DNA of 55,450 bases, filler included, from Sphacelaria rigidula (Eukaryota): NCBI GenBank assembly GCA_964200075.2. It is 3 parts of 3 records of this genome, joined end to end, with 100 filler letters (N's around TTAATTAATTAA, not from the genome) between each part and the next. Parts side by side here need not be neighbours in the genome. Positions count along the whole stretch, not along the records: positions 1 to 18,419 come from CAXNAA020000862.1; 2 more parts are not named here. One strand, 5' to 3'. Positions 1 to 12,700 of the stretch are shown piece after piece. A program made the position numbers and the translations under genes. Within the stretch, counting starts at the first letter, position 1. Each line of letters begins with the position of its first letter. A model generated the notes under the pieces. It was not told the DNA's origin, ran no database searches, and saw only the letters and a program-made list of their open reading frames with translations.

Positions 1-3000
1 TGATTGACCGCTTTTCACTCTCAATCGTATCATCTACTCTCAATCTCACGAAAACACTGTTAAAAGCTGTTGAGAATTATTCATCCTTTAGCCACAATAA
101 GAATAATACGGCATTTGCCCAGCTGACGCTGCTCGCAATAAATCTCTTTTCCCCCAATCTCCGGATGAATTGGAGGGCAAAGTGAAGATTTATTTCGAGC
201 TCCTTCTGCTGTTCAAATTACAAATCTGCCAGTGTGCATGGGATTTGCGCAGCAGAAGAAGCTGTTCGAATAGATCCTTTTTATCGCTCATTTCAGAAAT
301 GGGCGGAAAAAAATCGATTTTGAACAGCTTCTTCTGCTGTTCGAAATAAATCCTTCTTTTTGCCGAATTAAATTGGGCGAGAAAAGGATCTGTTTTGAAT
401 AGCTTGTCCTGCTGTCCAAAATAAATTCCTTTTTGCCCGATTTAAATCGGGTGAAGAGGATATTACCTCGGACAGGAGGACAAGCTATTGAAAATGTATA
501 AATTTACAGATTATGTACCAAAATAGTTAGAATTTAAAAAACAAAAAGTCAGGATTTTTTACCAAAACACTACCACATGACTGTGCAGGGCTTTGCCGAC
601 GAGCCTACACAGGGCTGTAAACCCAACCCTGGGGAAAACTCTGTCAAAACGCTACGAGGGGTACAGGTTTGGATTTCACTGTCAGGTGTTTTCACAAAGA
701 CTGTGGAGGACCCTGTACGGATCCTGCACAGTGCGCCCGACAGGGTGCTGTCTGTCCACGGGTGAAGGTATGTACCAAAACACGTATAGAAGGGGCAGTC
801 GCCCTACAGAGAGTTGAAACATGGTGTACGGGATGAATAGAAACTACGATCTACGAAGGAAGATACGTCGTGGAGAAAAACAGCACTAGTTTACATCGTC
901 CCCCCACACGGGACACCCGCTCTATTTCATTGGTGATACAGGCATACACGGTGTGAGAGCCGCTTTGTGGTTTCACCTGTCTGATGATTCCATCACGCCC
1001 TGAACGGCTGTCCGGGTTCACAAATATGTAATTATTGCCCTGTGTGGTGACCACTGCTCATAGCGCTTGAAACACGACACCCGCCCTACATTCACTATCG
1101 CTGTACCCATCATGTTTATGGTATAAACTGTTCGGCGGTTTTGGGTGAGAACGCTGAACGACAAACACATATTATTTATAATTGTCCGTGTATCCCCCAG
1201 TGTTCTAACCACCGTTAAACCTTGAAGTTTGTTATTCTGTGCGCAATCTGGGTTGGCAAAATAGTAACTTTGATGTAGTTCCTCCGGAATCAACGGAGTA
1301 TTTTCCCAGCGCGGTGGCCACTGCTCATCAAAGCTTGAAGGAGTCCGGAAAGACAGAACGCGTGGACATCAAGCTCGGGGAAAAATCCCGTGTGGGACAT
1401 GTGGATGGCAACCTCGGGCAAATTGTCCCCCACCGTCCCATTACCACCGTTCAACCTGATAGTTCGACACTATAATGTCTTTGATGTTTCTCGCCCGCCC
1501 CGCAGCACTGTCCACCCTATATTTCGCCGTTCATTAGTGATGAATTTTCCTGTGTGCTATCGGGGTTGCCGGGATAAACTGTTCAGTGCTCCTTGCACCA
1601 AGCGGGGTTGGGGTTGTTTCGCTGCAATGCCAACTGCTCATGTTATCGAAGTATCTGCGCAATTGCGGTTGCCGGTATAGACTGTTCAACAATATTTCCC
1701 GTCACCGGGGGAGATACTGATTCGCTGCGGTGTCAACTGTTCCTGGAAAAAAAGTTTTTTCAAACCTGCGCGGTTACCTCTGCTCATCAATGCTTGAATT
1801 GTCCCGAAAAGACCGAACACGTACACTACTAACACCCACACTAAATGTAACACAAAAGACGTGGACTGGACCTGTACCATTGGCGTTGACCCAAATAGTC
1901 ATTTCCCGGGGCGGGCGCGGGGGAAATTGCACACTAGAAGCAGCATAAATGACGTGGACGCCTCCTTACAAAGTGTGCTTCACGCTCGTGAGGCCCAAAT
2001 GTCATATATATACTATATAGATATCTTCGATCCATATAAGGTCAGTACTCCGAGTATTTTCCTCCCCGCCATTTGATTTATCACTGCAATCAACTGTTTT
2101 CAATTTTTCGAAGGCTGTTGCACGAGTTCTTCGATAAGATCGTCACCTCCCGTTTCTCCCCGTCACCTCCCCTCGTCACTAACTCAGCGAAAGGATCGCA
2201 CAGAATAATATATTTGAAATGATGGATGAACAAAAACAAATACTAAACCGGATCATAAAACCATCTTCCTTGAAGGTGGATGATTGTACTCCGGACTCTA
2301 TGTGGCCATCTTGCTCCCACTTTTCCTAGAAACAGCGCCCCAGGCCTTTTCCCGAGGTATATTGCCGCAGCTTTGCCATCTGTCACCACTTTCACAGAGG
2401 TGGGGACACCAACCTTCACATCAGCAAAATAAGGGTCAGGCACCAACACTATACTACGCGTATCCCTCCCTTTGTTGCAAGTGACAAACGCGCAATGACG
2501 CGGTAAATCGACACCTAAAACTTAACAAAATCGATACCCGTTGTACAATTCGCCATTTTTTCTTCGTTATTTCAATCTGCTCTCCAAGTGGGTCCCTTTG
2601 CACTCACAGCAGGTGGTGTCAACTTTAAACCCATTTCCACTTTGTGCATGCAATACAAAGATCTTTTCCCACACCGTAATCCATACATGGAGTGCGAGAA
2701 ACAAAAACAAGAAGAGGGTTCTCTGATCGCATTAGACAGTACGGCACGGGGGAAAACGCGTCCCACCTTTTTGGTCGCGTCCGGTATGTCGTGAAACCAA
2801 AATCCTGTTTCCTTTTGCATCCTCCTCCACTGCTCGTCACCTTCCACCCTCTCATTTTTATCTTCCCAACGGTAGTAATAGTTGGAAATTTCCCAAACAT
2901 TGGTATTCACGAATGATAGAGTGTATTTCAATCATCAACGCATCATACCCATCACCGTCGGGAAACAAGTAGTTCCAGCACGAACATCGCCCACGCCCCA

Positions 3001-3707
3001 CACATTCGTGCCGCTGCACCAAGAGAAATTTGCCAATACTATTCCTCGTGCTTTATCCCCCCTTGTGGAAGGAAACTATTGAGTAGTCACCGTATATAAC
3101 AAGAGGAAATCTGTGTGTACCCTATACTAATCGTAAGCGTCAGCATAAAACACAAGCGCCATGCCCATTCTTCCTGTTCAGCCGTTTGTTCCACGGCCAG
3201 TACAGGAAACAATGTAGATAGATAAGTCATACTTCAAAACAACGGCGACAAACATCAAAATACGGAAGACACACCACGATGCTCGATATGTCAGCCAGCC
3301 TTTCCTTCAGCACGCTCCCAACATTTGCCAGAAACACCTGTCCTTTCTTTCATCGTGGTATCTCAAAATATTTCGGCCAACATGGAATCAATTGTTTCCT
3401 ACATCTGCGCCCTAAATGACTCCTGTCGAAAACGCCATCATCATCAGCGGCAAATATTTCGGAAATCATGCCACACGTGTCTTGTGGATCTACCCAACAA
3501 CAACGACAACAACCTCATGAAACAAACAACTGATGGTTGTGTCCAAGTTGATGGTAGCACCCTACTCGACAACCCAGTGACACGACGCTCAATGAACCTG
3601 CTATACGTATGTCTACATTTTTGTCAACAGAATCATCACGGCTTTACAATCACCAACTCGATCAAGCTAGCGATCATCTTCGTGCCGTTGACATCAAGCT
3701 ACACCTT

Positions 3708-6700
3708 TCACATTCCTGCTGCGAACGCACCACCGAGTGGGTAGGAGGTGAAGATGGAGTACGCCGCCTGGTCATCTGGAGAGCCTGCGTTGCTTGTTAT
3801 ACTCTCGAACGTCGACGGTGGGGTGAGAGGCGATGTGTTACCGCTGCGGGTGGATAGCGCACGAGCTAACTGAACAGTGGCCGTGGAGCCGACCGAGTTT
3901 GCTCCGGAGCGCGCGGACGGATCCCTGGTCGACTCGAGTCTGTTAGTCTGCCCGCTGCCCAATCCCTGTGTAGGTGAGATAGAAGGCGACCAAGTGTGCT
4001 GTGTGCCAGATCATAACCCCGAACGTGTGCCTCGCTGTGCTCGGGTGACAACTGATTTCTACGATACGGGGTCAGGTGTTCCAAAGCCGCTTCTCGCACG
4101 AAAGGATTCACTTCGATGTGCAGATGCGGGGAACATATTTCGTTGGGACATACCTAATGTCAACATATCACACATATTCACACCGTCTGTCAACTATTTG
4201 TCCCACAGATAAGCCCAGAACGACTGCGTGAAGATTGCAACACATCAGCTATGAGCTCCTACTTCTCGGGCGATCAATACCCCCCCCCCGTGAACGCTGC
4301 TAGTTGTGCTCCAAAGCGTTGGTGTCTGCAGAGGCGCCGAATAGAAGCAAAACAAAAGTAAACACCGATACCAAGATATATTGCGTACCCCGTACACACG
4401 GCGCACGCGCCAACAACTACGAGCAGGGCAAAACTACTACGAGCGGTACGTTCGCGGTTTGCATGCGCACAACCCGTGGCGGCCCTACGAACGGCCATGA
4501 CTAGTCTCATGGGTAAATTCAGAAAGCGTCACCAGATGCCAGAAACCTCAGGGCACACATCGATGAACCACTGGCGCGAACAAGCACTCACGGCATTGCG
4601 CCCGCTGGTCGCTCCACCCGAGTCTCCGAATAGTGCGCGACGTGCCGTGTCCGACCGACTCGTTCCGCTGAGTATGTAAGGGCCCCAACGCAGTGTGTGT
4701 GATTCCGTGTTCGAGTGCATGCGGCAGCCAACACGAGAAACAAGGGTAAGCGCTGCTCAGTGTACGTTTGAAGGGAAAGCGCACGAAAAGGAAGTCCACG
4801 AAAGGGAAGTCGTGACCGGTCAAGTTGAATGTTTCTATCCTCAAACACTTCCATCACACGCTTTCACGTGAAAAACGTGCAGCAGCACACACAAGGACAC
4901 TCTGGGTGTATGTAAATTATTCAGGTGGCCTTTCCGCGATACCGGCATATACTTCGAGTATCGAATGTTGACGTCGTTGTTCCGTTGGTACTACTCGAAT
5001 TACAGCGTTGGGCACGCGAAACCTGTACAGGAATATTAGCAGATATACCCTCGTCGCTGGGGGTCATCGAGCGTAAACCAAACACTACTCGTTGACGGCA
5101 CAGGATACTGCTAGTAGCGTACAATATGTGCTGCAAGTATTACCTCATTTTCTCACGACAGTGTAGTTACAAGCGAGGTCTACAGTTTGATCCAACTCTT
5201 GGCGATTTGTCCGAACGTTCTAACTCGCCCCTCACCTAATCATGCCAAACATGCTGTAGGACGAGCCGAGGTCATGATACATGCGAGAACGTCGGGGCAG
5301 AGGGTCGGAGTGCACGGTTGGGGTAGTAGGAGGGCGGCGATTTTCTGATCCAATAGGCTGCTCCCTCCGCCACAGGTGCCTGTCCCTGTTGGCCAAAGAA
5401 TGACACGGAGCAGAATGATTAGGGCATGATATTCTTGTATTTATATATTGGGAGAGAGAAAGAGGCAGAGAGACAGAGAGAGACAGTGTAATGCGTGAGA
5501 GGAGCGCGTGCTTAGAGGACCGCGCCGTAGTTCAAGACACCTCAGAATCGACGTTTTTTAAAACCAATCGGGCCAGTCCCTGCAGGTACTACGCCCCTGA
5601 CCATCACTCTAACCCTAACCGTAGGGACGCTCAAATTCCGATGCGATCCTCTAAGCACGCGGTCTTCTCACGCACTACAGACGGAGCGAGAAGGGGAGTG
5701 GTCGGGCAATACAGGGTCAAACAAGATCGCTTTAGCATCAGTAAAAAAGCTTGAGATACAACAGACGATGGGAGTATTCGTAGAACAGTAGCACGTCCAC
5801 CAGCAGAGGAAAATGGGGGTAATATGGTCGACTGTTCGGTTGGTGTAGTGCTCTCATGCCAAAGTCGTCGCAAGGTTTCGGCGTTATGACGCATCAAACA
5901 AAATACCTGAACCCTTTCGCAGAATGTACGTCACTGCCGCCGCGACCCCTGTGGGCGGGTGTCCCTGGTTCAGACTGAGGCGAAAGCAAGTGTTGCAGTC
6001 TCGTGCGAATGGGCTGGAAGGGCTGCTGCTCCTGACCGAGGGCAATGTGCTCGCAGACAGCGCACGAGTCGAGGCTGTTGGATCCGCACCCTAGCTCTAC
6101 GCACCGGCAAGGAACAAAAATGCATGAACAGAGGAACAAACCCAAGTCGTCGGTACACGGGATCGATGTGCGCGATTTCAATCTTCGGCATCACCACCAC
6201 GGGACAGAAAAAATTATGCGTGCTTTGAGGTGGCTCCGACAGAATTATCAAGACTTATCCATCGTCAAGGTCACCGTGGGTGGGTATGTACCTGGCAACG
6301 ACGCGAACTCACCTCCTAGCTCCGGCGTAGGTACGTAATCCGGGCAGATGATTTCTCCCTTAGCCATGCGTACAAATAGCAAGAGTCTCTTCTTCTCACG
6401 CTTGCTTATCCACGGTCGCGCGACCGCTTCCTGCATTGGGCCCCGCACCCACGAGAGGGGAGGGGTAGGGGGGGTGGGGGAAGAAGGCGCCGCATCGATG
6501 CCTCCCCATCGACCGGAGCACCATGGTATAATGGAGGCTTATTTTCCTACCAAGAACCTCATGTACCCAAAGCGTCGCAGCAGTAGGCAGTCACAGGCTC
6601 TACTCTAGGCTCGTGTCTTGCCTTGTGGATCAGGAGGAGGTCCGAACTCCGGCCAGGACACGATACAGAAAATATATTGTCCATCACGGACGAGACTGGA

Positions 6701-9700
6701 CGTGAAAGGTGTACAATAAGTCGTTGCACCTAAGTTACACATGGCAATTGCGACTACTTGCACGTTGAATGGAACACGAAAACGTCTGACTCCCGCAAAC
6801 ATGCTGTGAGCCTTTTCAGTCAACAGCTGGCTCCTGGAAGGAAACTTGCCTGTTGATCTTCTGCCTCTTCGGCGAAGCGGTCGTCCACCAAGAGCGCCGC
6901 CGCTCGCACCGCTACGTTACCAGCAGCAGTGATATTGTTCCACTTCGTTGAGGACGCCATCGTTAGCGTCGGAACTGGACCATGGGGCGCGGTAGAGTTG
7001 CCACTCGCTGAAGACGCAGAGGATGTCGTCAATGACTTACTGTGCTCCGCTTTCTCATCCATCAAGGTTCCCACCAGGGAGTACCACAGGTGGTATACAG
7101 CTCTGGGGGGGGGGGAAGCACGGGGGCATGCGTGAGACAGCGGCACTGTGCTTAAGTGTTCCCAAAGGAGAGGAGTGGAGTGGAGGGATCGAATGGGTAT
7201 AGATGCGCTTCCTCCGAGCGAATAAAGCGAATTTGCTTCCGTGTCCCATCGGTAATTCGGTACATAGCAAACCCAGGAAACATGGTTCCAATTCGAAAAT
7301 ACGAAAAAGAGTTCTTTAACCCAGGTATTCGACGGGACCTTGGATCGCTACGAGCTGGGCCAGCCAACAATGGGTGGTTTTCTCGCTCAGGCGACGCACG
7401 GCGCGATATTAAGAGTTGTACGCTGAACATTTGACTGCAGCTTTTTATTATTGACATGCAGAGCATCACGTGAGCAGCAAAGAAAAAAAGGAAACAAAAC
7501 GGAAGTTATGGGGTTCGAAATTTTAGCAAAAACAAGATAATGTCATAAGTCCAAGAAAAAAATGAGAATGTGCAGCTGCTCACGGGACCCATCACTTCCT
7601 TGGGTGCAGAAGGTCTTCGTGAAGCTTCAGCTCGAGAGTCGTCCAATTGGACCGTTCGTGCAACGTTTTGCGTGACGCTGCTGCACCCCTCTAATTCAAG
7701 TGATGGGAGACTCAAAATATGGAGGTCATGAGTTTGAATCCGGACAGATTCTCTTTTTTTTCGTCCGTCGTCAGGATCATATATTATGCAGTACATTTTC
7801 TTTCATTGTTTTCCTTCATTCAGCGGCGGTGCCGTGTGTAACCAGGTTGGTCTGCACTTCACAGTGATGTGCCTACATCGGGTTCATTCGGGAAACTGAG
7901 GAAGCCGTAGTGTGAGCAGCGATTAGTCGCTTTTAAGCTGGCCCAGCTCGTATCGTCGTCGCGTTCGAGAAGTTAACAAATACTGGAGGACAAGCGATGC
8001 CGTGCAAATGCAGTACCTGTCGGCGGGATCCTCGCTGTCCAACATTCCCGGGTGCATATCGTAGTTCGCCGTGATCGAAGGAATCTGTATGTTTTGCATA
8101 GTACCAGAGAAAGCAACTCTTGAGAGTCAAAAAGTAGTATTCGCAAATCACAAAAGCATAAGAAGGGGTCAGGTGAAATCATAACATGAATCAAGCCCGC
8201 CCGCATGATATTTGGGACAAGTACGATAAGCCGTGCTATCGACGTCATCGCAGCAGAATCATTTGCGCGTATCAGACGATGCTGTACCCGACCTTCTGCC
8301 CCAAGTACTACATCTTCGACCCGCAATGAGTAGTGACAACTGACGGTCTCCACTACCAGAAGATACTTGCACCTTTTTCATGATCCTTGTACGACGTACT
8401 TGCAACTCCCTCTTCCTGGGAACGAATCCGTGGTATTAGGATATCAACGCATCTTTCTCCTGGTGCCTGCCTCGCATACTATTATCGAGGATTGAATCAA
8501 CACCCCTTACCCTGACAATTCTCGTCAGATTCCTTTCCTGGCTGCGTCATAACGAACGAGAGAACCCAGCTTCTGCTAAAACATGCCGTAACTCTCGGGA
8601 TTCGAATCTCCTACCGGGGCGCGGTGATGTGCACACAACGCGTATGGTGGGCAAAATAAGCCGTCCTGATCATGCAGCGAAAAAGCCACCAATATGACCT
8701 ACGCTTCACACTGTCCTACGTCGCACTGTACCCACCGTGTTGCCGAGTACGTCCGTGCGTACCATGTCCGGCCAGTAGAACGTGTCCCTCCCGAAAGGGC
8801 TTGAAGAACCGCCGCTACCACCGTACCCCGTTGATCCGTGCCTACCATGGCCACTAGAGTACAGCCATGCGTCGTTGGGTCCCTTGACTCTCGGGTCATG
8901 AATGAAGACGCACCTGTCGTATGCAAACCATAAACGAGGAGTAAGCGGGACTTTGCACGCCTGCTCGAGAAAATACACTGTAGTAAAGCGGAAGGGATTT
9001 TCTGCCGCCAGGATAACGAGTACAGCTTTGATTTTTGTTGTCTGCAAGTAAGGAACTGTTCTAGCACTACACACGTCAACTCCTCCAAGCTAGACGCTCA
9101 CACATTCCCTCCTCGGACACTCCATTCACTTATCATGAAGTATTAATCATCCACCTATCCATCCGTCTATGCCTTGTATTCACTCGCTCCTATAATTTGC
9201 TCACTTCCTGTCAACAAGTGATCCCATCAGAGATGTGCCTATTTGCTAAATTTCTACTGCAATAGGGTTCGTTTCACGAAGACATTCATTCTGTCGCCAG
9301 TACCCTCGATCACCCACGGGAAATAGTTCGCCAGCTCACGCACAGCTACAGGCGCACATATGGCGATACCTACCGCCTCACAAGGCGCCGACGTCCATAC
9401 ACACCCTAGTTGTTAGCTCTGTTCTCATACCATACGAAAACCCATGATGACAAGAACGGCACAACGATAGTGTTCCACCACCACTTTTTTCTGACATGAA
9501 ATTGGCACTGAATAATGCAGAAGGTTTCATACACGACGTTTCGATAGTTTCTTGGGGTAATGCCTAAAACCAGTTCTCAGCACTTTGCTCTGCGTGTACC
9601 TAAAAAAGGCCCTCCCACATGCTGATGGCGGTGATAACATGTTCATCTGCAACATTACGCTGTAACGACGTTCATACCTGGCGAAGTACGGGCAAGATCC

Positions 9701-12700
9701 AGTGGCCACCCAGGTCTGTGAAACATCGCGAGGGGAGGGTATTGACGGTAAGGGACGAACGATAAGCACAACCGGCGCTAGTGAGGTTTGCCTACTGTTC
9801 GATGACTAATGGTGGCGCGTTGTAGAACACAAAACGATGCCCCTGTTTGAACGTCTGCTGCGGAGGGTTTATTTACCCTACTACTGCTAATAGTCTACAC
9901 GATTTCTTGCGAAACGACGCTAGCATATAAGAAGCAAAGAAAACGACGTCCCTGCATCAAGAAAACCATGTACGTGAACTGATATATATCGCGAAAGATT
10001 GCGGTCGCCGTGTGTATTTCGTCCACGAATCACCCCACCTTTTGGAGGGCGCGATGGATGGGGAAAGGGGAGGGGCGGGGGGCGAGATACTCATGATCTT
10101 TCATGCCGTAGTCATACGATTATTGACCTCGCATCCCTGCGAGGCCGGGACAGAGCACGCCGGATTTCCGCCGGACCAGGCTCGCAATCAATCACCAAGC
10201 GCGAAGCGCCGTGGTGTGTTCGGCGAGTCGTACAAAGGGTGAGCTGCATCCTGCTAGGATTGTTCGGCCCGAAGAATACTGATTATCTTGCATATGGATG
10301 ACAACCCGCAATTAGTTCCCTTATTTCTGGTATCGCCGCTTCCAGACGTGGCGACGGGTTCCACTGTAATGCGTGAGAGGCCCGCGTGCTTAGAGGACCG
10401 CGTCGTCGTTCGAAGAGCTCAGGATCGACGTTTTCAAAACCAATCGGTCCAGTCCCTGCAGGGACCACGCCTCTGACCCTAGCCCCAACACTATCCCTAA
10501 CCCCAATCATAAGGGTGTTCGAATTCCGATGCGGTCCTCTAAGCAAGCGGCCCTTTCAAGCATTACATCACACTGCCTCATGAGTGTCTCACCATTTCAA
10601 CACTACGTGGTATTATCATCCCCTTTGCGCGAAATTGATGTTCTCCCACCCGGCACAAAATGACCTTGCTCGACCATCATCATGGTTACCGCAAAAAAAT
10701 GCAAGCGCGAAGAAGGACGGTAACCTGGATGCCTAGCTTACGCCGTGAGTGTCGTATTGTACAGCGTCGTTGTCAATCGACGCCAACCCCATGGGGGAAG
10801 GCGGGGCGGAGACCAAGTTGTCGCCTGAAAAATATCATCTCGAACTGTTACATTTTGAGTCAGCGAAGGGTATTTGAAAATGGTGTTGATGTCGATACCA
10901 ACGGGCATGTCCGCGGCTCGACAGCACTTGACTCGGCGGAAACGCACGTCATGGTTATGTCCTCGTTTATGACACCAGAGGACCCGTGGTCTAGGGCAAC
11001 TCTTTGAACAAACCATGCCGTGGCACTGCTACCACGCCATTCTCCACACAATCGTCGGACGAGGTGATTGGGGGATACTCGGTTCAACTATAATATGCGT
11101 ATTGATTCTCGTTCCCAATGTTTTTGAGGTCACAATCCTGTACCGTAAGTGCGTGCACGCTGGATCACGTTGTCACAAAAAATCGTGTCCATCAACAAAT
11201 GCCTCCCGCAGTACCTACCCGGACGTCGCACACATGGTGTAATGCGTGAGAGGACCGCGTGCTTAGAGGACCGCACCGCATCTAAATTTGAACAACCCTA
11301 CGGTTAGGGTTAGTGTTAGTGTTAGTATTGGGGTTAGGGTCAGGGGCGTGGTTCCTGCAGGGACTGGCCTGATTGGTTTCGAAAAACGTCGATCCTAGGG
11401 TGTTTTGGACTACGGCGCGGTCCTCTAAGCACGCGGTCCTCTCACGCATTACACATGGTATCATACCCACTACAATTTCATCACAGAACGCCAACAAGGA
11501 CGAGAACCCTGCACACCCTGCACACCCTGTATAGCTGGAAAATAACTGGCCACGTGGTAACTCCAATGATGGTATACTTCCGCTCTTGATGATCGGTATT
11601 ATTTCACAACAGTGTCACCAATTCGACACACCTGAACACACTATATTTTGAAACATAGCAGTATGCGTGCATTCTATTCGAACATGGCGCCAACCTTGTT
11701 TCTTGTCGCCTCTCTTTGACAACGTACCATGCACGGGTAGCAGCGGAACTTGGCTGCGTTCGGGATCCGTCCGGCGTGCTCCCTGAACACGAAATGAGAA
11801 CAGTGCATAGCACGTGCCAGGATACACGGGCGGAGCACAACAGGGAAAACCCTGCAGTTTGTCGGAACTTAGACGCAGCACGGTCAAGCACTGGGTTCAC
11901 CCCAATTCAATATTTTTCTTTGGGGGTAGCATGGTTGACTGCTATAAAGCATACACTTTAGACACGAATGGTATGGTTGAGGATGATGGGGGAACGACTG
12001 GGAGCGAGGAATGTTGCCGCTTGCGAAGCAAAAACTCATGTGATATTCAGGAGGAGTAAAGCGACAAATTGGGCACGATGCTGAGCCTGCTGCAGCAAAC
12101 TCGAAAAAAAAAATACATATTGCCAGGATTCCATAATACATGTTCTTCGTAAAGAAGCGTACGGGTGAATATTCAGTCAGTGACTTGTCCGTGCTTGCTG
12201 AGGTCAGTCGGTGCATCGACCACGTAGAAGCATTTTCTGTAGAAATGTTTTCTATACTCGTACTGGAGTCATGAAGAAATGTTGCGATCCCTGCTCAGCA
12301 CAGGAAGTGATTTCTTAGATACAAACATTTTTCCAATACCGCACTGTGGTCTCCGATCGCAACAAAATGGCGCGTATTGCTGGAGCAAAGAACTAATAAA
12401 ACGCGAGAATGAGCAATACAGAATGAAATGGAAATATGCTGATAACCTATGAGCCCATCTGAAGTTTCATTCCTCCTATCGGAGTGATACTTGGACCGCA
12501 TAGACAAAACGTATAGCGTAGGAGAGGTAAACACTTCCGGTAGCGCTCCTATAACACCAGGACGGGTATTTTCGAACATTGCACATTTAGAAAAAGCACA
12601 AGTGACAGCGAACGTGTAATAACACAAGGACCATCAGGGTGCAGCATCAACTGGCGGCAAGGGACGTGCGAAACCATGGAGCTCTGCGACATCAGCAACA

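Noticed and set aside
11300..11346. True telomere or chromosome-fusion scar
   Set aside because: The tract is short, degenerate and internal to a TIR element.
12640..12699. Plus-strand C-x8-C-x5-C-x3-N pseudo zinc finger
   Set aside because: It lacks the His and the lead-in motif, lies antisense in an intron and has no supporting exons; probably chance.
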